Below, in pieces: positions 60,240 to 64,000 of a DNA stretch of 64,000 nt; position 1 is the first letter of the stretch; the number at the start of each line of letters is the position of its first letter. The DNA lies in NCBI GenBank assembly GCA_964187785.1, contig OZ076409.1, forward strand, positions 61,754,001-61,818,000, in the 5' to 3' direction. Position numbers and translations under genes: made by a program. The notes below the pieces were generated by a model. That model was not told where the DNA came from. It saw only the letters and a program-made list of their open reading frames with translations, and ran no database searches. The DNA is from Amphiscolops sp. MND2022 (lineage: Eukaryota).

Positions 60240-61502
60240 AACGAGTGACTGTAATAGTCGGGCTCTTTTCTTAAGAAAAGCGCCGACTAACAAGACAGGA
60301 ACGTCTTAAGTCGGCGCTATATCTAAGGCTCAAAAAGCGCAAAACATTTTTTTGGAAAAAAACTTGAAATTTTCGAAAAAAAATTTTCTTTCGGAAAATG
60401 TCGCGTAGTGCCGAAAAATGTAAAAGGGGGGACCTTTTTGATTTATAAACACGCATTCTGTAGCAAAATAACAAAACACTTAAAGGGGGGACCCTTTGGG
60501 GACATTAAAAAAATTTCGAAAAAAAAGTCGCACAGTGCCGAAAAAAATCAAAAGGGGGGACCCTTTAGTCACGTCCGGGCTTGTAGGTAACGTTTAAAAA
60601 GTAAAAAACCAAAGGGGGATTTTTTGGAATAATTTACATGCGTTTCCCTGGTATTTAGTTTCCTTTAGTTGAACGTTAACTGTAACGATCACCTATCGAG
60701 TCCAAAAATTCTAAAATTTTGAAAATTTCGTTCAAGGGACTAGATGCCCTCTCCTGAAGAGTAATATTCCGCTGAAGATACCGTGTCTTTATTCAAGGAC
60801 CTGCCAGCAGAATTAAAGAGGATTTGAACAAAAGAATACGAGCAGACCCCAAAAACGAGACAATTGCAGAAAATTACGGCGATCGTCAGAAAAGAGACTC
60901 AATTTCTGTCAAGACGAACTGAACTTTGTTCTAAGCGTCGCTTTCATTAGCGAATCGCCACAAAATGTTGTAATTACCGAAAATGAGTCAATTAGCTTGA
61001 CCAAGCATCCGTGCTTGTGTCCCCGGCTAAATGCTGCCTAAATGTGCTAATTATGCAGTAAATTACGTATTTGTTATTGTATTAACTCGTGGGCCACTCA
61101 TTTCGATTTCCTTTGTAACTACGAAGAAACAGAATTTTTCCTTTCTCACCACCTCTATTTTTTAAAGGCTGTCTAAGTGATGGTTTCGAAGAAAAAGCGT
61201 AATTCGCGCTACTGACAGCGATTAAAGACTGGATCAGGCCGGCAAGCACTTCACAAGAAGCGGAATCCTCCTCTGACGGGACGGTTTTTACCCGAAAGAG
61301 GCAAAATGAGCTCATGGTCATGGGCGCCTGTCCCGGGCAAATACCCATATCATGTGTTCCTCTAACTCTTATGGTTACGGCGACAATGGTGAGAGCTTGT
61401 CGTTACAAACGTTCGTCGCTTCGAGTCTGTCTTAAATAAAAAAAAGAAAAAAAACGAGTGGCTGTAATAGTCGGGCTCTTTTCTTAAGAAAAGCGCCGAC
61501 TA
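60240..61502 (+). mobile_element. Helentron/DINE-like non-autonomous element (~60290-61502) preceded by the 3' end of a second copy (60240-60290)
   Basis: Subterminal inverted repeat AGTCGGCGCT (~60309) / AGCGCCGACT (~61492). The 3' hairpin AGTCGGGCTCTTTT(T)CTTAAGAAAAGCGCCGACT occurs twice. Internal AAAGGGGGGACCCTTT repeats. A diverged reverse end lies at 1-87. Confidence 0.55.
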
Positions 61503-61536
61503 AAAATGATGAAAAATTCAAATACTATCAAGTTGA

Positions 61537-61626
61537 AACTAAACATGTGTAGATATTCGTAACGAGTTAGAATAATTCATATATGAATTATTCTAACTCG
61601 TTACGAATATCTACACATATTTAGTT
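61537..61626. repeat. Perfect 74-bp palindrome (61545-61618), 90 bp with one mismatch; adjacent 20-bp palindrome TTATAAGCAATTGCTTATAA
   Basis: Base-by-base complementarity around the centre 61581/61582, with no spacer. Confidence 0.95.
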
Positions 61627-61971
61627 ATAAGCAATTGCTTATAAGCAATTGGTATCTACAGTTGATATCTACAATTTGAGGTCAAAGCGTGCTACACCAC
61701 GTTTTCAATGGCAAACTTTTTCTAACTATTTACCATTTTTACCGTAATGAGAGACGCCAATTAGTAAACAATTTTGATGTTGTTGAACAAATTTCAAGCG
61801 AACATTGAGGCCAATAAACAATGTATGGTCTGACAAAACCTAATATTCCATATACTTATCAACATATTGCCTTGAGTACACCTAACAAATACTTTCACAT
61901 TTCAAATCTAACCTCGTGCCAACAAGTTTTCGCTGTCGTGCAACAAAGATTCCCAACAAAGGTTTACTAAA

Positions 61972-62101
61972 ATGGCAAGTGAATCTTCTTCCAGCAAACT
62001 CCGAGTAGCTGTAGTTGGGGCGGGTATTTCAGGACTTTCTTCTGCTTACCGACTTCTTTCATCTTACCACAAAGAAATCCAGCTAACTATTTTGTCAAAA
62101 G
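61972..62101 (+). CDS. Exon 1 of an FAD-dependent oxidoreductase, probably D-amino-acid/D-aspartate oxidase
   Basis: LRVAVVGAGISGLSSA Rossmann GxGxxG motif. The second strand LTILSK lacks the Glu typical of amine oxidases. Donor AAG/GTGAGC at 62102. Confidence 0.65.
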
Positions 62102-62265
62102 GTGAGCAATACTGTGATTGCAGATTTTCCAAAACACGTCAAGTTTATCGTGTTGACTACAGTAAAAAACGGAGCCTGTCTAGTGTCACAGAGAACGCAA
62201 ATGAAAGACTCTCTTTAAAGGAAGGCAATGTGAAAAATTTAACTTACTGTAAAATTTGAAATAGG

Positions 62266-64000
62266 TGTTATACGGTTCATCCGTCTTTACCTCTTCCGAG
62301 TTTCGGTCTAGCCTACTTGCAAGTTGTTAATAAACAAACTTGGAAGAACTAAATTTGTATTAAGTTCATTTAAAATAATAGTTTTGGTATAAAGAACGGT
62401 CGTTCGAGACAATGAAGTAATTTCAGTAATTCATGTTTCTCCTGAGGCTAGTGCTAGAAATAAACGTGGCGCCGCCAGCAAAATTTTTTGGAATTGAACC
62501 GAACTTTTATCACAGAAAACAAATACCAAACACGGACGAAAAAACGACCGACCGTACCGAACCTTGAGGCAAAACTTCGGACAGAAACGCCGCATTCACA
62601 TCAAAGACATTGGATAGAAAGATTCTGGCAATTCACAAAACAGGAACATAAAATAGACATAACCGCAATTCTGAAAAAAAAGAAGACATAGCCGAAAACG
62701 TATCGTCCGGAAAAGCAGAAAATTACGAGATTTTTCACTTGGTTAGGATTTTACTTGGGGAGCTGGACCCGAAGCACTCTACCAAATAACGAGAGTCCAA
62801 TACAAAACGAAACAGAAAAACATCAATATGAAGGATATATTCGGCTTATTTACCAAAAACTATCTACAGCTACGAAACTCTTGAGATTTGTTGTTCAAAA
62901 CAAGCAGACGGCGAAACACCGGGCAATTTTAGAGACGATTGATCGAAATAGAAAAAAATGTGAGTTGAACACATCATCAGCGAAATTATGGAACAAGATG
63001 ATGAAAGAAAAACTCTTGGAGATGAGAGAAACGACCGAATGCGGAAGGAAGGTCCTTGCGTAAAACCATGCAGACAAACATTCAATAACAATCGAATAAT
63101 GATAAGATTAACTGAAAAACAAATAAGTGAACCGAACGAATCATGAAATGAGTTGAATGAAATTTTACATCATAACAAAAAAAATGAAACAAAGACGACT
63201 GAAGAAAAACACAAACATGACACAGCATTAGTGAAATCAAACGGAGTAAAGAAAGAACTTTTCGTGAATACCGGATCACCAAAAACATTGAAGCCGCCCA
63301 ACAAAAGATAATTGGAATCCACCGAGTTACATAGATCAACCTTCCGATGCCATGAGATGAACAAGTTCGAAGTAAATCTTCGCTATAAGATACCGTTAAA
63401 CATGGAATACGACATTGACAAACCAAAAATAGATTTCGAATTGCCCGAAATAATCAGCACAGACCACTACTCGGAACGAACTGGATGGAAACATTCATAC
63501 TTACTGTAAGAAAAACACATGTTTTTGAAAACAACAAAAAAGCAAAAGATAAAGTATTGAACGGGTTCCCGGTTCTTTTAGAAAACAACGAAGCAAATGA
63601 AGTTTTTGAGATTAACATCCAACGTCAATCAGATCAAAATTCGATGAAACAAAAGCCAAGACAGATACCGTTAGATCTACAAGGAAACATGGAAAGGGAA
63701 ATGGAGAGGCTAAAATAAACTGGACACTTGGAAAACGTAAATGACTTCGACAAACGTCATTTCGTGTCCCTGGTAGTAAGTACCGTGAAGAGTGAAAAAT
63801 CGGTTTAAAAAAGCATGAAATGCCAAGAACTGAAAAACAGATGCGGTAAAATAAGATTATATATGACAAACAAGGAAGAAGTGATAATCCAGACTTCGTT
63901 GAAATCACCTGAGAACAAACAGTAGGTTTTTTTTCATTTTGAAATACGACTCTTGTTACGCCAACGGGTATAAAACCTATATAAAGGCCAAAAATACGTG
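62266..64000 (+). mobile_element. Heavily decayed Ty3/Gypsy element in the oxidoreductase intron
   Basis: PBS-like TGGCGCCGCCAGC near 62467. Pre-RT relic KQKPRQIPLDLQGNMEREMERLK*TGHLE..FVSLVVSTVK at ~63640-63800. Many stop codons. Confidence 0.55.

Overview
Eukaryotic (metazoan-type) DNA: intron-containing, AT-rich and transposon-dense. Three host genes are visible: the 5' exons of a CCAR1/CCAR2-family gene (minus, running off the left edge), a complete 3-exon NTMT1/METTL11A gene, and exon 1 of a probable D-amino-acid/D-aspartate oxidase. The rest is layered mobile DNA: LINE and CRE-like relics, nested MITEs, a deleted hAT element, a diverged ~185-bp satellite, a non-autonomous LTR element and Helentron-like repeats. 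The main feature is two young, divergent but collinear ~16-kb Ty3/Gypsy LTR retrotransposons in opposite orientations (E1 16295-32406 minus, TSD GTTAC; E2 38062-53865 plus, TSD CGAAT). They share an unusual design. (1) Each carries an ANTISENSE five-exon gene of ~1250-1290 aa with four introns at identical positions and phases; the product has a zinc finger and looks like a catalytically dead hAT transposase. (2) gag starts ~585 nt inside the LTR and reads through the LTR end and the PBS. (3) A non-env ORF3 sits in the env position and runs into U3. (4) There is no polypurine tract next to the 3' LTR. (5) The -1 gag-pol slippery site is followed by a conserved motif complementary to a conserved site ~10 kb downstream. 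(6) A degenerate dUTPase-like domain lies between PR and RT. E2 is itself inserted in a decayed ORF3 of an older relative. All family assignments come from motif recognition by eye; no database searches were run.
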